Source of the DNA: an uncultured Methanosarcinaceae archaeon | Lineage (GTDB): Archaea; Halobacteriota; Methanosarcinia; Methanosarcinales; Methanosarcinaceae | Length of the DNA stretch: 64,000 nucleotides | Reading direction: 5' to 3' | Assembly: GCA_963733675.1 (NCBI GenBank) | Contig: CAVTET010000001.1 | Coordinates: 704,001-768,000, forward strand | Shown: positions 44,904 through 56,660 of the stretch, one piece after another | How positions within the stretch are numbered: position 1 is the first letter of the stretch | Layout of the letters: every line of letters begins with the position of its first letter | The notes under the pieces: generated by a model | What the model was told of the DNA's origin: nothing | What the model saw: the letters and a program-made list of their open reading frames with translations, nothing else | Database searches by the model: none | Position numbers and translations under genes: made by a program

Positions 44904-46191
44904 TTAAAACTCTTCAATATTTCTCTTCAAGTCTTACAATGCCATATTCTCCAAGGTAATCCACCTGAGAGATCTTAATGAAAACAAGGTCTTAGTTGCC
45001 TATATTCCTTATGCTGTGAACATAGTTTAGCGGAAGATCGACAAAGTCTCCGGCAAAAATTCCTATTTCATTCCCACTTTTAGTTACAATTTCTTCTCCA
45101 TTGACTATATACCAGGGCACATTTCTATAAGCATGGTGCTGAAGTGAGATTTCATCCTTAGGTCCAATTGTGAAAGTCTGACTTTATCCCTGGCATATGC
45201 AGAAATACCTCACAGTGCCCCTAGGGCCTTACTGATTCAAGTTTTCATTTTTCAATAATTGTTCCATACACTTTGATGTAGTCATCTTCCATCCTGTCAA
45301 CAGAAAAAATTTTCTCCATCTTTCCCTACATTTTTTGCGGGAGATAAAACCAACTTTTTGCCCAGTCTCTGCAGCCTCATCAATATTATTGACCAGAAAG
45401 CCAGTCTCTCAATCTCTGATCAACTCAGACACCATATTTCTGTTCATTGCAATCACAGGTGTAATGCAAGCCATAGCTCCAACTACATCAAGTTCGAAAG
45501 CCTCATCATGATTGATCATTGCAGTAAAGCGTATGCATTTGAAAAGAGTTCCTTCTTGCTCTCAGGATCGACATGTCTCTCATAAATAATTTGTTTATTG
45601 TCTATATAGGACTGTAGTTCTTTTCGAAATCTGGCTTATTTGCATTTTTATCTTTATGAAAGCGCAAGCTAAATCTCAGATAGTCCGATGGATTCTCATT
45701 AAAATGAAGATGTTCTATATCGATGTAGTTTCGAACCGTAACTCTATAGTCCAGCTCATGGAATCTGTCAGCATCACTTATTGATACATAAAATGTTCTA
45801 TTATTGTACTTTATATAGACAGGAATACTTTTACTTGAATAAAGGCCGTGTATTGTTAGTACAAAAGGTATAATTGACAAGAGCACTGTAGGTAAGGGGA
45901 AAATAGTCAAAATGATTGTATATTATAACAAACTCATTTGCGCTCTCAAAAACTTCAGATATAAGCAGGCATTCGGCACACCTTCATCAATATACTATTA
46001 TCTTCTCAATAGGGTCTAGGGCATGCTGCATGAAGTTTAGCTGAAGCATGAGGATTGACTGTCGCAAATAATGTAACATCAATTCCCCTTTTTACTAGCC
46101 CTTCGGTTTATCAAGATATAAGAGGTTTCCATGAGCCATATTCTTTAGGTAGCGTGGTCCAGGCAATTGGAGGTAACATTCCAATTCTTAT
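44904..46191 (-). pseudogene. GT4 glycosyltransferase with C-terminal mannose-6-phosphate isomerase-type cupin, pseudogene
   Basis: IRIGMLPPIAW...EGLVKRGIDVTLFA...HFDYFPL...TIHG...VSISDADR...EAFELDVVGAMA.ITPVIA...ETGFLV...RP*G...ISLQHH...W.IVNG...YLGEYGIVRLEE; start codon ATA, many stops. Confidence 0.75.
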
Positions 46192-46660
46192 AATAATACC
46201 CCTTAAATTACTCACAGACATTATTTATAATTTATATTCTGGTCTTCCGTCATTAGGTATTTAATATTTTCAAGATTAAGTTCCCAATGAAAAACATTTT
46301 TGTGTTTTTATGCACTGAAGCAGATATGTTTTAAATACTTCACTGAAATCCGGCACAAAAACGGCTGAAAAATGGCATTAAGAGTATTCTGGAAATAATA
46401 TCAAAATAATATAGGACTATTACAACTCAAAAAAATATCTATACACTAATTTTTGAAATATAAGCATTTATAATCTTGAAAACATCAACTACTTAATGAT
46501 AGACTAACTGAGTTGTCAAAATGTGTAATTGTTAACTCATTCAAAACTAAAAAACAATCATAACCAACATTCAAAGAAAATGAGCTCAAAAAAACTTGCA
46601 AATTAAATATTAAATTATATGGTTAGATATCGTTTTTCCCAAGCTGAATAACTAAGATTT

Positions 46661-47692
46661 TTATATTAATTTAACATCGCCTTTTTTTGGATCATTAGAA
46701 AGATTCCTGCTTTCTTCAAACCATCTGCAGTATTCATCAGGGCATTGTGTCTCAGGGCACCCATGTATATACTCCAAGATATCGCTCATTTTCGCACTGG
46801 CCATTGATACTGATACATCTGCACTTCCATAATAAATACGAATTTCATCCTCCACTAAGACCCATCCGCAAGGGAACACAACATCATTAACGTCCCCACT
46901 GCGTTCATACATTTCACGAGGCCCGAAAACCCATCCTTCAGATCTGTGAAGCACTTTCCTGGGATTTTCAGGATCAAGAAGAGCTAATCCAAGTCGATAA
47001 CTTGCTTTAGATGTCGTCTGGCGTACTCCATGGTACATAATTAACCAGCCGTCAGATGTGCGAATAGGTTGTGGAGATAAACCTATCTTGTTAGCATCCC
47101 ACCATCCACCTTCACGAGCATACAGAAGAACTTTGTGTTCTCCCCAGTACTTCATATCTGGAGAAAAGGATATCCATATATTCGCCTTCGAACTTATCCG
47201 AGATACCGGTCGATGTAACATTGCCCACTTACCATCAATTCTTACAGGAAAAACAGCAGCGTCTTTATTCTCAGGAGGTAGGGCAGCTCCTACTCGATCA
47301 AAATTACAAAAATCTTCTGTAAAGGCAAGAGCTGGTAAGGGACCAGAATCCGACCAAGCTGTATATGCTACAGCCCATTTTCCCATCTCATCGATGTAAG
47401 TTATACGCGCATCTTCAATGCCGTATATCTCTTCAGGGTAGTTTATTGGATCTGGAGCAAAGGTTGGTTTGCTGTCAATCTCCCAGCCATCAATTCCATT
47501 TTTACTCCTAGCTACCGTAAAATGAGAAAAACCCCTGTGATCTTCAACACGCACCATTAATAGAGTCATCCCATTAACGATAGCTGCTGCAGGATTAAAT
47601 ACTGAATTGGCCTGATACGGCCAATCTTCAACGGTAAGTATAGGGTTTTTTTTATACCTTTGGAATAGTTCTCCGTGGTCTTCCCAGCTCAT
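46661..47692 (-). CDS. GH130-like glycosidase/phosphorylase (copy 1)
   Basis: Same motifs as 42792-43931 and nearly identical to it over the core. Confidence 0.9.
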   Translation of the reverse strand: MSWEDHGELFQRYKKNPILTVEDWPYQANSVFNPAAAIVNGMTLLMVRVEDHRGFSHFTVARSKNGIDGWEIDSKPTFAPDPINYPEEIYGIEDARITYIDEMGKWAVAYTAWSDSGPLPALAFTEDFCNFDRVGAALPPENKDAAVFPVRIDGKWAMLHRPVSRISSKANIWISFSPDMKYWGEHKVLLYAREGGWWDANKIGLSPQPIRTSDGWLIMYHGVRQTTSKASYRLGLALLDPENPRKVLHRSEGWVFGPREMYERSGDVNDVVFPCGWVLVEDEIRIYYGSADVSVSMASAKMSDILEYIHGCPETQCPDEYCRWFEESRNLSNDPKKGDVKLI

Positions 47693-47702
47693 GTTATCTT
47701 CC

Positions 47703-50102
47703 TCACTTCGTCTGATTTGCTAATGACGTATTCTTTACTCTCTGCAGAGCCCAAGTATTTGCTTCATCACTGACTCTGGGTTTCAATCGTGTACTAAATG
47801 CTTTATTTTCATGTTTCTTTAAAACGTTCAAAGCCATTAAGTAGCAAATTACTGATTCTGCACCTTGATTAAAGTTCATGCCATCGCTGGTGAGCCCATC
47901 GCAGACTGAACCGTTTGAGTAATTGTACATAACAGTTTGCAAGCGATTTCTACCTAAGAAATATTCAAAAGAATATTTTGCGAGTTCTAGATATTTCCTT
48001 TTTTTCACAATCTCATAAGCCGAAACATAAGCCTGAGTCAGGTAACCCGCCTCTATAGGTTGCTGGTCAAAAAGTGGTTTTTCTTCATTGAAGGAATACC
48101 AACCCTGATTTCCAATCAGATCAAAAAATTCGTTTCTCCATTGAATCTCAGTAAGGAAATCCAACGTAGCAAGACCAATTTTTTTGTAAGTTTTGTCTTT
48201 GGTATAATTATAAGCAAGTAAGAGAGATTCACTTATTTTTGCATTGCTGTAGGTAACCGTGGGCTCAAACCAGTTCCAGCCTTCTTTATGATTAGTCTCA
48301 TATAAGTCAACCAGAGAATCCGCATGACTGATAAAAATAGATTCAAAAGAGTTTTTCCCTACAAAAGAGTCTATGTACTTGACAGCATCCTTGTGTGAGT
48401 TGAATGGAGACTCAGATTCATCTGCCTCCACTCTTTTTTTGAGAATCTCATACAAGCCGCACATTGTGTAGGCTTTTGCCCTCGGGTAGCTTAGATTTTT
48501 CATTTCTGGTTTGGATCTGTTGACGAGGATATGTGCGAGTGTGAGCATATTTTTGGAAAGGTGAGGACAGCTGATTACATGACCAAGTCCATAGATAGCA
48601 CGTCCAAGAGTATCTTCACTGCCTTTTTCATCTAAAAATTTTCCTTTATAGCTTCTGAAGTTATGAAAATGGCCCATGTCTGTCTGTGCATGTTCAAGAA
48701 AGCTCATGTATGTTGTAATTAACTTCAAGATATCTTCTGTTTTTTCTTCACTATTAATTAATTGTGTCAGAGCAACAAGAGCTCTGCCTACATCATCAGT
48801 GCTATACCCATAACGGAGAGCAGGTACATCTATATCTGTGTGCTGTATAATCCCCACGTTATCTGTCAATAGCTTAACGTGGTCTAGTTTTACTTCAGGT
48901 AGCTTATTTGGAAGAAAACTAAATCTGTCTCGTATTTTTGGATAGGTAGTGTAGTTATGTAAAGCCTTATGAAAGATAGCAGCATATTCTTTACCAACAT
49001 TTTTCCATGTCATTTTTCTGCCAAAATTGTATGCATTTTGACGCATAATATTAAATTTTTCTGGATTTTCAATTAAATATGAGAGAGCTTTTTTAAAGCC
49101 TTCAGTGTCTCCAAAATCTACAAGCAACCCGCGATTATCGGAAAGCATTTCCTCAGCATACCAATAAGGAGTGGAAATGATTGCTTTTCCCATGCCTATG
49201 GCATAGGTCAGAGTCCCGCTTACTATCTGTTCTCTGGAAAGATAGGGAGATGCATAAATATCACTTGCAAGAATATAATTGCAGAGTTCTTCTTTTTCAA
49301 CAAACTTATCATGGAATACTATATTATTCTCAATCTCAAGTTCTGAAACAATGCTCTTAAGATATTGCCTGTATGCTTCCCCATCTTTCTTTTTGATCAT
49401 AGGATGCGTGGCGCCCAGAATAAGATAAACAAGGCCAGGATATTGAGTTATAACATCAGGAAGAGCTTTGATCAAACTTTCGATACCTTTGTTTTGGCTC
49501 AGCAAGCCGAAAGTGAGGATAAGTGGAGACCCTTTGAGATTCAGTATCTTTTTATACTTATCACAATTGCTAAATGGATAGTCTGGCATCCCATGGAAGA
49601 TAACCTCAATTTTGTCTTCTGAAATTTCATAAACATCTTTTAGTATGTTTACTGCAGTTTGGCTCATTACAACGAGTTTGTCGGAATACCTTGCTAGCTT
49701 TTCAGTGGATACTCGATACTCATCAAGTTCAGGCTCCTGGATCACAGTATGCATCGTTGTTATTACAGGCTTGCTTATTCCTGATAGGAGAGCGAAAATG
49801 TAATCTCCTGCGTCCCCCCCAAAAAGACCGAATTCGTGTTGAAGACAGATAACGTCTGCATCGGAATGATTTATAAAATCTGCAGCTCGGTAGTAATCTT
49901 CGAGCTTGTTCTTTTCAATTTGAAAAACAACTTCTTCTGAATAATTATAATTTTCAGGAGGATCTATCAAAGCAATGACTTCACAATGAATGTCATCCTT
50001 TCCTACAGAAACCGAATTTAAAAGATCAGAAGTAAATGTAGCAATCCCACATTCTTTTGGAACATAGGTTCCTATAAATAATACTCGTAATTGCCTATTC
50101 AA
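47703..50102 (-). CDS. GT4 glycosyltransferase with C-terminal glycosidase-like helical domain
   Basis: GTYVPKECGIATFT, QHEFGLFGG, TFGLLSQNKGIE, EQIVSGTLTYA; C-terminal GIIQH, YSTDD..RAL, FDQQPIEA, NQGAES. Confidence 0.88.
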   Translation of the reverse strand: MNRQLRVLFIGTYVPKECGIATFTSDLLNSVSVGKDDIHCEVIALIDPPENYNYSEEVVFQIEKNKLEDYYRAADFINHSDADVICLQHEFGLFGGDAGDYIFALLSGISKPVITTMHTVIQEPELDEYRVSTEKLARYSDKLVVMSQTAVNILKDVYEISEDKIEVIFHGMPDYPFSNCDKYKKILNLKGSPLILTFGLLSQNKGIESLIKALPDVITQYPGLVYLILGATHPMIKKKDGEAYRQYLKSIVSELEIENNIVFHDKFVEKEELCNYILASDIYASPYLSREQIVSGTLTYAIGMGKAIISTPYWYAEEMLSDNRGLLVDFGDTEGFKKALSYLIENPEKFNIMRQNAYNFGRKMTWKNVGKEYAAIFHKALHNYTTYPKIRDRFSFLPNKLPEVKLDHVKLLTDNVGIIQHTDIDVPALRYGYSTDDVGRALVALTQLINSEEKTEDILKLITTYMSFLEHAQTDMGHFHNFRSYKGKFLDEKGSEDTLGRAIYGLGHVISCPHLSKNMLTLAHILVNRSKPEMKNLSYPRAKAYTMCGLYEILKKRVEADESESPFNSHKDAVKYIDSFVGKNSFESIFISHADSLVDLYETNHKEGWNWFEPTVTYSNAKISESLLLAYNYTKDKTYKKIGLATLDFLTEIQWRNEFFDLIGNQGWYSFNEEKPLFDQQPIEAGYLTQAYVSAYEIVKKRKYLELAKYSFEYFLGRNRLQTVMYNYSNGSVCDGLTSDGMNFNQGAESVICYLMALNVLKKHENKAFSTRLKPRVSDEANTWALQRVKNTSLANQTK

Positions 50103-50877
50103 TTGATTCCACCAACTTATAGAATTTGAGTTAAATTTTATCCCCCCATTTTAGCCTTAGATTTTTTATAATAAACTTAAAATTGTATACTTTATCTTAA
50201 TACAGTTCGTTCATCTTTCAGTTTCCCATCTGCAGCTCTACTGCATTAATATTGTATTATCAATTAATCGTTATGAATAAATTAATTGTCCAGATTCATT
50301 TCTGGAAGAATAGTTCACTGGTAAGTTTTACTCACACATTCATCACACATTATCCGATTAAGATATAATTTGTAAAAATGTGTTACTTTTACTGCGTTTT
50401 TTGCAAACCTATTTCTGTAAACCTATATCCGGATGATAGTTTCAGTAGTCGTTTTAACGTTTACAGTATTACTTTATTCAGGCACAACTGAAAAATGATT
50501 GGAAGAGAGCCCGGAAAGTTATGTTCCTTATCCCAACTCCAAAGGTATTGCCTGAACAACAATATTTCCTAAACAACATCTTCCGGGCAATTCTTTCTTT
50601 TTATTTATAGGTTTACTAATTTATTATCCTACAAAATAGAATACCCATCTACTTTATTTCTAATTTTTTATACGAAAAAATGTTTATGAACAAAAATTAT
50701 GTTTACGTAGCCAATTATAAAGATAAACAATATTTTAATATTGGGTATGTAATTTTTCATTATTTTTGGTAATTGTAATAATTTAGTAGCAAGTCCATTT
50801 CTAAAACGATCTAGACTTTAACACAAAATATTTAAAATAATAAAAAATCCAAAAAATAATAAAAAACTCAAATGAAT

Positions 50878-50973
50878 ATAGAGTATTTCGATAAACTCCG
50901 ATTTTTGACTGGTTGCTTATAAAGCATATATAAGCAATTTGTTGAAATCGATGGTTTATCAAAATTTCCTCTA
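50878..50973. repeat. Repeat family A copy
   Basis: ATAGAGTATTTCGATAAAC...GGTTTATCAAAATTTCCTCTA. Confidence 0.75.
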
Positions 50974-52267
50974 AATATTTTTTTTGTTGCTTCATAAATA
51001 ATTTTTCGCTGCTAAACTCTTTGTGATGTCCATGGTAGCATACGAGATATGTTTTGCAAGTTATCTATGTGGATATCACTGAATATCCCCCACACATTTT
51101 AGAGATTGTGGGTTTATCTTTTTTAACAGTGTTCTTTGGACGTCTTCTATGGTTTCAAGGTGTTGATGATGCCACCAGTTATTATAATTTTTGGTGGTGA
51201 GCTTAAGTTTTGTGAAATCAACTCTCATATCAAAAAAACGTTCCTGCGTCTTTCAAATGATTTGCAATCTTCGAACTTTTACCAAGGATAGCAAGCTGGT
51301 GAATTGTTAATCCGCCGAAGATTGGGAATGATTTACCTACATGACAATATGAAAGCTGTTGACATTTTTGTTGTAATTGGGAGCCTTTGCCACCTCTGAA
51401 TTGGCTCCCAATTGTGCGATTCAACCCTGCGATTAAGAGACAAAACATATTAACTCTTAATCGTTAACTTCTCCTATATGTTGTAGCTGTATATAACATG
51501 AACGAATCTCAAATTCCCCTTCCATTAAGTTATATTGCTTTCTTACAATATAGCTGACTTGTCTTATTATTGACTTATATAAAAATTATTTCTCTATTTG
51601 AGTATATATATATGTATATATATACATATCTTTTTGCAATTATATCCTTCTCATAATTATTATTCTAAATATATAATTCTCGTTAATTATGATAGATGGC
51701 TAATTTTTCCAGAATAAAAGAACAGTAGGTTCCTCAATTCATAGTTTCTTCAATTTCGAAACCATTTCTACAAATCAAAAGGGAATAACAAAAATTATTT
51801 GAAGTAATTAAGTAGTTGATTGTGGCAACGAAAAATGACTACACTCTGGTAAAGACACAACCAATTTACTGGCTACGTCTTCTAATTATGTAGTCTCGTT
51901 AATTTAATAACTTTACCTGATGAAGCAAAATATGCGCCTCCAAAAATGTTTAATGTTTTGATTTCGTTCTGTAATATCTTTGACCAATTCTTTTGAATCT
52001 ATAACAAAATATATCTAGTCAAATATGCCAATCTATCAAAACGCTTTCAACTTATTTGAAAATGAGGTTCACAAAAATGCTGCTGACTTTAATGATATTC
52101 CACATTATGTGGCAGAGACACCAAATATATGGGAATTAAAATAGAAAAATAAAATTTTAAGAGAATATTAATTATGTGCTCTAGATATATTGGAAGCTCA
52201 AAGCTAAAACTTGATGTTATTGAAATAAACGGGTTAAGCAAAGAATATTTGATCCTTATGAAATACT

Positions 52268-52305
52268 TGAGGATTTCGATAAACCTCTGATTTTAAAGAG
52301 TCATT
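52268..52305. repeat. Repeat family A, one-ended fragment
   Basis: GAGGATTTCGATAAACCTCTGATTTTAAAGAGTCATT. Confidence 0.65.
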
Positions 52306-52511
52306 TCTGTACCTCAGAAATATCACCAAATTTCCATTCTGGATCAGACAGAAATATTGATTAAAGCATAAAAATAGTGAGCTTTGGTTTTGCTCATCGT
52401 TTTTCCATTATAATATATCTATCCCATTTATTGAATACCAACTAGCTCTAGATGGAGAACTATCTTCCAGAATGACAAAATTAGCCCTTTTGAACCTCTC
52501 AATTTTGAAAA

Positions 52512-53735
52512 TTATATTCCGAAAGCTGTCTGAGCGATTGTATTTTCAATTTCAATTCTTAGCTCATCTGGGATTCCCCTTATCCCAACATCCAGGAATC
52601 CGCGAACGATCATACCAACGGCTTCTTCTTCGGGAATTCCCCTGGCCATCAGGTACTCCACCTGATCTTTAGCAATTTTTCCTACGGCTGCTTCGTGAGT
52701 AAGCTCAATATCAGCTACATTTGCTTCAAGGACTGGGATTGCTAGTTGGCTTCCCTTGTCAGTAAGGACGAGCCCCTTGCATTCCAGATGCCCTTTAGCG
52801 CCATTTGCATTGCCTACCATCTCTCCCCTTGCAACAATTCTTCCGCCAATTGTGATCGTCCTTGAGACCAGTTCAGCTTTGGTTTCAGGAGCATTCAAAA
52901 TCGCCCGGCTTCCAAGATCAAGCTCAGAGCCTGAATGAGCAATTGCTATGGTATTGAGCCTGGCAACTGCTCCTTTTCCTTCGAGCCTGACAGTTGGGTA
53001 GGTCTGCACAGAACGAACGGGCTTGAGGCAAATGTAATTGCTTATATAAGTTCCTCCTTCCTCCACATGAACTACTGTTCTGGGTCTGACTCCTATTTGC
53101 TTGGCCCAGTTGTGAATCATTGTGAAACTTAGAGTAGCTCCTTTTTTCACGTACATCTCGGAAATTCCAAGATGTAGTCCTTCTTCTACCCCTTTTTTGG
53201 AGGTACAGCCTGTGATAATATCAAGATTTGCTTCTTCCTCAACGATTATGATATTATGTACGGTCTGAGATATCTTTTTGCTGTCCAGCATAAGGCAGGT
53301 CTGAACTGGCATAGAGGACTTCTTACCTGCAGGGACACGAACAAAGTAGCCGTCAGCATTTTCTAGATAGGTTTTTGAAGTGTATTTGTCAGTGTCCACC
53401 TGCACGAGTTTCCAGGAGTAATCTTTCAGCCACTCATACTTTTCCATGGCTTTGTGAGTAGACATAAGCTCCACATTTTTATCTCTTAAGGAAGAGTGTG
53501 AGACTGCATTGTCCAACATAAGGAAACTTCCAGATCTTCCTTCTTCGTTTGGTACTACCCCTACTTGTAGCAAAGTTTTTTTGCTTTCTTCGTCAAGTGT
53601 CTGGAGGTTTTCAATAGGTTTGCTAACCTTGGAACCTTCCTCAAAGTTTTCCAGCTCAAAGTCCTCGCCATAAGAAGCTTTTTTATTGGCTGAGCTCTCA
53701 GCTCTCTTTTTCAGGTTCAAACCATCAGTCTGCAT
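52512..53735 (-). CDS. sufB: SufB/SufD-family Fe-S cluster scaffold (minimal archaeal SUF)
   Basis: QTVHNIIIVEE, TGCT, HLGISEMYV, GHLECKGL, THEAAVGKI..EYLMARG. Confidence 0.9.
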   Translation of the reverse strand: MQTDGLNLKKRAESSANKKASYGEDFELENFEEGSKVSKPIENLQTLDEESKKTLLQVGVVPNEEGRSGSFLMLDNAVSHSSLRDKNVELMSTHKAMEKYEWLKDYSWKLVQVDTDKYTSKTYLENADGYFVRVPAGKKSSMPVQTCLMLDSKKISQTVHNIIIVEEEANLDIITGCTSKKGVEEGLHLGISEMYVKKGATLSFTMIHNWAKQIGVRPRTVVHVEEGGTYISNYICLKPVRSVQTYPTVRLEGKGAVARLNTIAIAHSGSELDLGSRAILNAPETKAELVSRTITIGGRIVARGEMVGNANGAKGHLECKGLVLTDKGSQLAIPVLEANVADIELTHEAAVGKIAKDQVEYLMARGIPEEEAVGMIVRGFLDVGIRGIPDELRIEIENTIAQTAFGI

Positions 53736-54466
53736 TTTATACACTCCTCATACCCTTTATTTTTGATTTCTTCCAGCATTTTGAGAGGATTTCCGGAACA
53801 CATAATTGTCCCATTGCATAGGATATATCCTCTATCTGCCTTCACATAATCCAGTATCCGACCTGTGTGAGTAATAATAAGAGCAGATTTTCCCATCTCA
53901 CAACTTTCGCCTGGACAGTTCAGGCCTTCTTCAAGCAGGTCTTTTATTGTCACTCCAACCTGTTCTATGCTTACAAGGTCAACTCCAGATTCAGGTTCAT
54001 CCAGTAGATAGAAACTCGGATCCTGGGCTGCAAGCTGCAGAAGTTCGGAGCGTTTGATTTCTCCTCCTGAAAAACCCACATTTATATCTCGGTCCAGAAA
54101 AGACTTCATAGAAAGCTTTTCGGAAAGTTTTTCAGGATTTTTATGCCCCTTGGATGCTACTCTTATAAGATCTTTCAGTTTAATCCCAGACATATCTGGA
54201 GGACGCTGCATCATAATCCCAAGTCCGCGACTGGCTCGTTCATCAACTGGCATGTCGTTAATTTTTTCTTCATTGAACAGAATCTGGCCTTTCACAATCT
54301 TGTATTCACTAAAGCCCATAATTGTTCTCATTAAAGCTGTTTTCCCAGCTCCGTTTGGCCCAAAAAGCACATTAGTATACCCTTTTTTGACTTCGAGGTT
54401 TATGTCATGAAGCAAAGTTTTTCCGTTGACTTCGACGGTCAGATCCTCTATTTTCAGCATCGACAT
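53717..54466 (-). CDS. sufC: SufC-like Fe-S assembly ABC ATPase
   Basis: GPNGAGKT, RDINVGFSGGEIKRSE, LLDEPESGVD, IITH, C-terminal CIKC. Confidence 0.92.
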   Translation of the reverse strand: MSMLKIEDLTVEVNGKTLLHDINLEVKKGYTNVLFGPNGAGKTALMRTIMGFSEYKIVKGQILFNEEKINDMPVDERASRGLGIMMQRPPDMSGIKLKDLIRVASKGHKNPEKLSEKLSMKSFLDRDINVGFSGGEIKRSELLQLAAQDPSFYLLDEPESGVDLVSIEQVGVTIKDLLEEGLNCPGESCEMGKSALIITHTGRILDYVKADRGYILCNGTIMCSGNPLKMLEEIKNKGYEECIKCRLMV

Positions 54467-55162
54467 TTTCTCCTTTATCCCCTTTTACTTTATGGATTTT
54501 TGATATATGCAGTCAATTGGTGGTGGAATTAATAGTAAATTTTGGCGATTCCAGAAGGGATTTAAAAATTTTAACCATATTATAAGGTAGAAAAATTGCA
54601 AAAATTGGACAATTTTAGCGTATTGCTTGAATTATGGTTTCTTGCCAGGTCTCTATTTATTCCTCACTAATTTCTTTGTTTAATTTTGAAGACATCCCAT
54701 TTCTAATTATACATTCTCCTCTGAATATATATGTCTCGTTTGAACCTTTGTATCGAATGCAACAATATTCTGAAACAATTAATTTGAGTCTTATCATTGA
54801 GTCATTGATCAAGATAGAAAGTGAAGGAATAAAACTTTTAATTTCCTGCGATTATCCAACTTGGAGAGATTATTTATCATGCTTTCTATTTTCCTTCAGT
54901 CAGTAATTTCAAACATTGTTGTGTCGAAATAGATCTCAACAAATTGATTTTAGGCAGCTTAACTAACTGCAATTTTCTCTCGGTTCATTTTCAGCTCGTA
55001 CATTAAATTATTGATAATTCTAAACAAAAATAATATATTATCCTTACTATTGTGAAGCTTTTCGAAAATTTCCTTCTCATATGCTTCTGTTATACATATA
55101 GATATTTCTGTAGTTTATGTTGCTTAACTAATAGTACATTTTTAGTACATTTTTTTCAATTT

Positions 55163-55257
55163 ATAGAAAATTTCGATGAATCTATGATTTTCACGAATCA
55201 TTATATATAAATTTATAAGCATATGACGAAATTTAGGGTTTATTAAACTCTTCTATA
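55163..55257. repeat. Repeat family A copy
   Basis: TATAGAAAATTTCGATGAATC...AAATTTAGGGTTTATTAAACTCTTCTATA. Confidence 0.75.
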
Positions 55258-55503
55258 TTTTTTAAATATTCTAAAAAAAGAGTTCCATATATAGTTCCAT
55301 TGTTTGTGGGAAAAAATATTTTTTTGGGTATATCTAGGGTAAATATGGAAGTGCCTCATATTTATGAAGAGAAAAGTTCCATCCCAACATGTATATAACA
55401 GATGGAGCTTGTCACTTGTATAACTAGGCCTAAAATCCCCAGCTCCCTACAAAATTCTTAGCTGTGTTATCATGGATTACAGTAATCTAAACACCTGCTC
55501 TTC

Positions 55504-56475
55504 TCAGATTTCTGACATCGTTTTATATTCTAGAACTGTAGAAACTGGATTTGTTTCAATTCTAATTCCTGTCTCTTCAAGGGCGCAGATTCCATTAATT
55601 CCTCCTACGATTGCAATTCCGAACTTTCCCATCTCAATAGGTGCCCCGAGTAGAGACCCATCAATATCTCCGGGAGGGAAAAAGCCTCCTAATCCCATTT
55701 TTTCTGCTTGTTGAATAATTTCTATGACCCTATCATAAGCCGATAAATTTATTTGTCTAATATTTGCAAGAATTTTACCTTCCCCCGTCTCAACCACTTC
55801 GAGAACTGAAGTAGGTTTCCGTTTCATAAAAATTTGTATTGGATCAATTGAAGTTCCGCTATAAGAAATTAGATCCAAAAAATATGAAGGCTTTCTGTTT
55901 TCTATCTGGAGAATTCCACCGTAGGAAGGTTCTACAGGAATGCCTGATTTAAGAAGAAGTCCATCAAAAGTAACACTGCATACTGTAGCTATTCCGACCT
56001 TTCCCGGAGGCAGAATAATTAAATCTTCATCTTCTTCAAAAATTCTTACTTTCGGACTTATCATATATCCTGAATGTGCGGTATAAGAAATCACATCAAT
56101 AACGGTTTCCAAATCCTCTTTAGCAAAGTAAGAGATATTTACTGGTACGACCCCTTCACTGGTCTTTGGATTAATGGTAGTTCTAAATGCCATCTCTTCA
56201 ATCTGGGATATCACAAAACCAAAGCGATCTCCAATGAGAGCATCACTCATTTCACTTTCTCCCAGTTCAGTAAGTGTACGGCCTGCATACCCGTGTTTGC
56301 GTGTGAATCCTCTCTCGTCCAGGATCCTTAGATGATACCGGACAGCGCGCTCTCCTATATCATATCCCCTATCGTTCAGTTCATCAGCTATGGCTCGGGC
56401 ACCTATAGGCTTGTCATTTTCGTTAATCACCCTCATAATTTCAATGAGTTTTCGCTCGATTTGCGGATCCATCAT
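55504..56475 (-). CDS. nrpR: Global nitrogen regulator NrpRI (winged HTH + NRD/DUF128 domain)
   Basis: IGARAIADEL..RGYDIGERAVRYHLRILDERG HTH, followed by TVCSVTFDG, GTSIDP and GGIN NRD motifs. Confidence 0.88.
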   Translation of the reverse strand: MMDPQIERKLIEIMRVINENDKPIGARAIADELNDRGYDIGERAVRYHLRILDERGFTRKHGYAGRTLTELGESEMSDALIGDRFGFVISQIEEMAFRTTINPKTSEGVVPVNISYFAKEDLETVIDVISYTAHSGYMISPKVRIFEEDEDLIILPPGKVGIATVCSVTFDGLLLKSGIPVEPSYGGILQIENRKPSYFLDLISYSGTSIDPIQIFMKRKPTSVLEVVETGEGKILANIRQINLSAYDRVIEIIQQAEKMGLGGFFPPGDIDGSLLGAPIEMGKFGIAIVGGINGICALEETGIRIETNPVSTVLEYKTMSEI

Positions 56476-56569
56476 ATATAACACCGTTATTCTGTTATCA
56501 TACCACAAGCTTTATTGATAATCTTAGCAAAAAACTAAAACATACATTCTAATTTTTTCAAATATTACA

Positions 56570-56660
56570 TAGAATCTTGATAATTCCCAAATAATATAAT
56601 AAGCTTATAAAATTGTATATTCTGACTCGTGAAAATAAGAGGTTTATCGAAATTCTCTTA
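56570..56660. repeat. Repeat family A copy
   Basis: TAGAATCTTGATAATT...GAGGTTTATCGAAATTCTCT. Confidence 0.75.

Noticed and set aside
51000-51450. 72-aa ORF and downstream coding-like sequence
   Set aside because: No recognisable motif; probably an unidentifiable remnant.
51603-51628. TA microsatellite
   Set aside because: Short and unremarkable in an AT-rich spacer.
52512-56475. sufBC and nrpRI as parts of the nitrogenase-like system
   Set aside because: They lie more than 40 kb away among housekeeping genes; no evidence of linkage.
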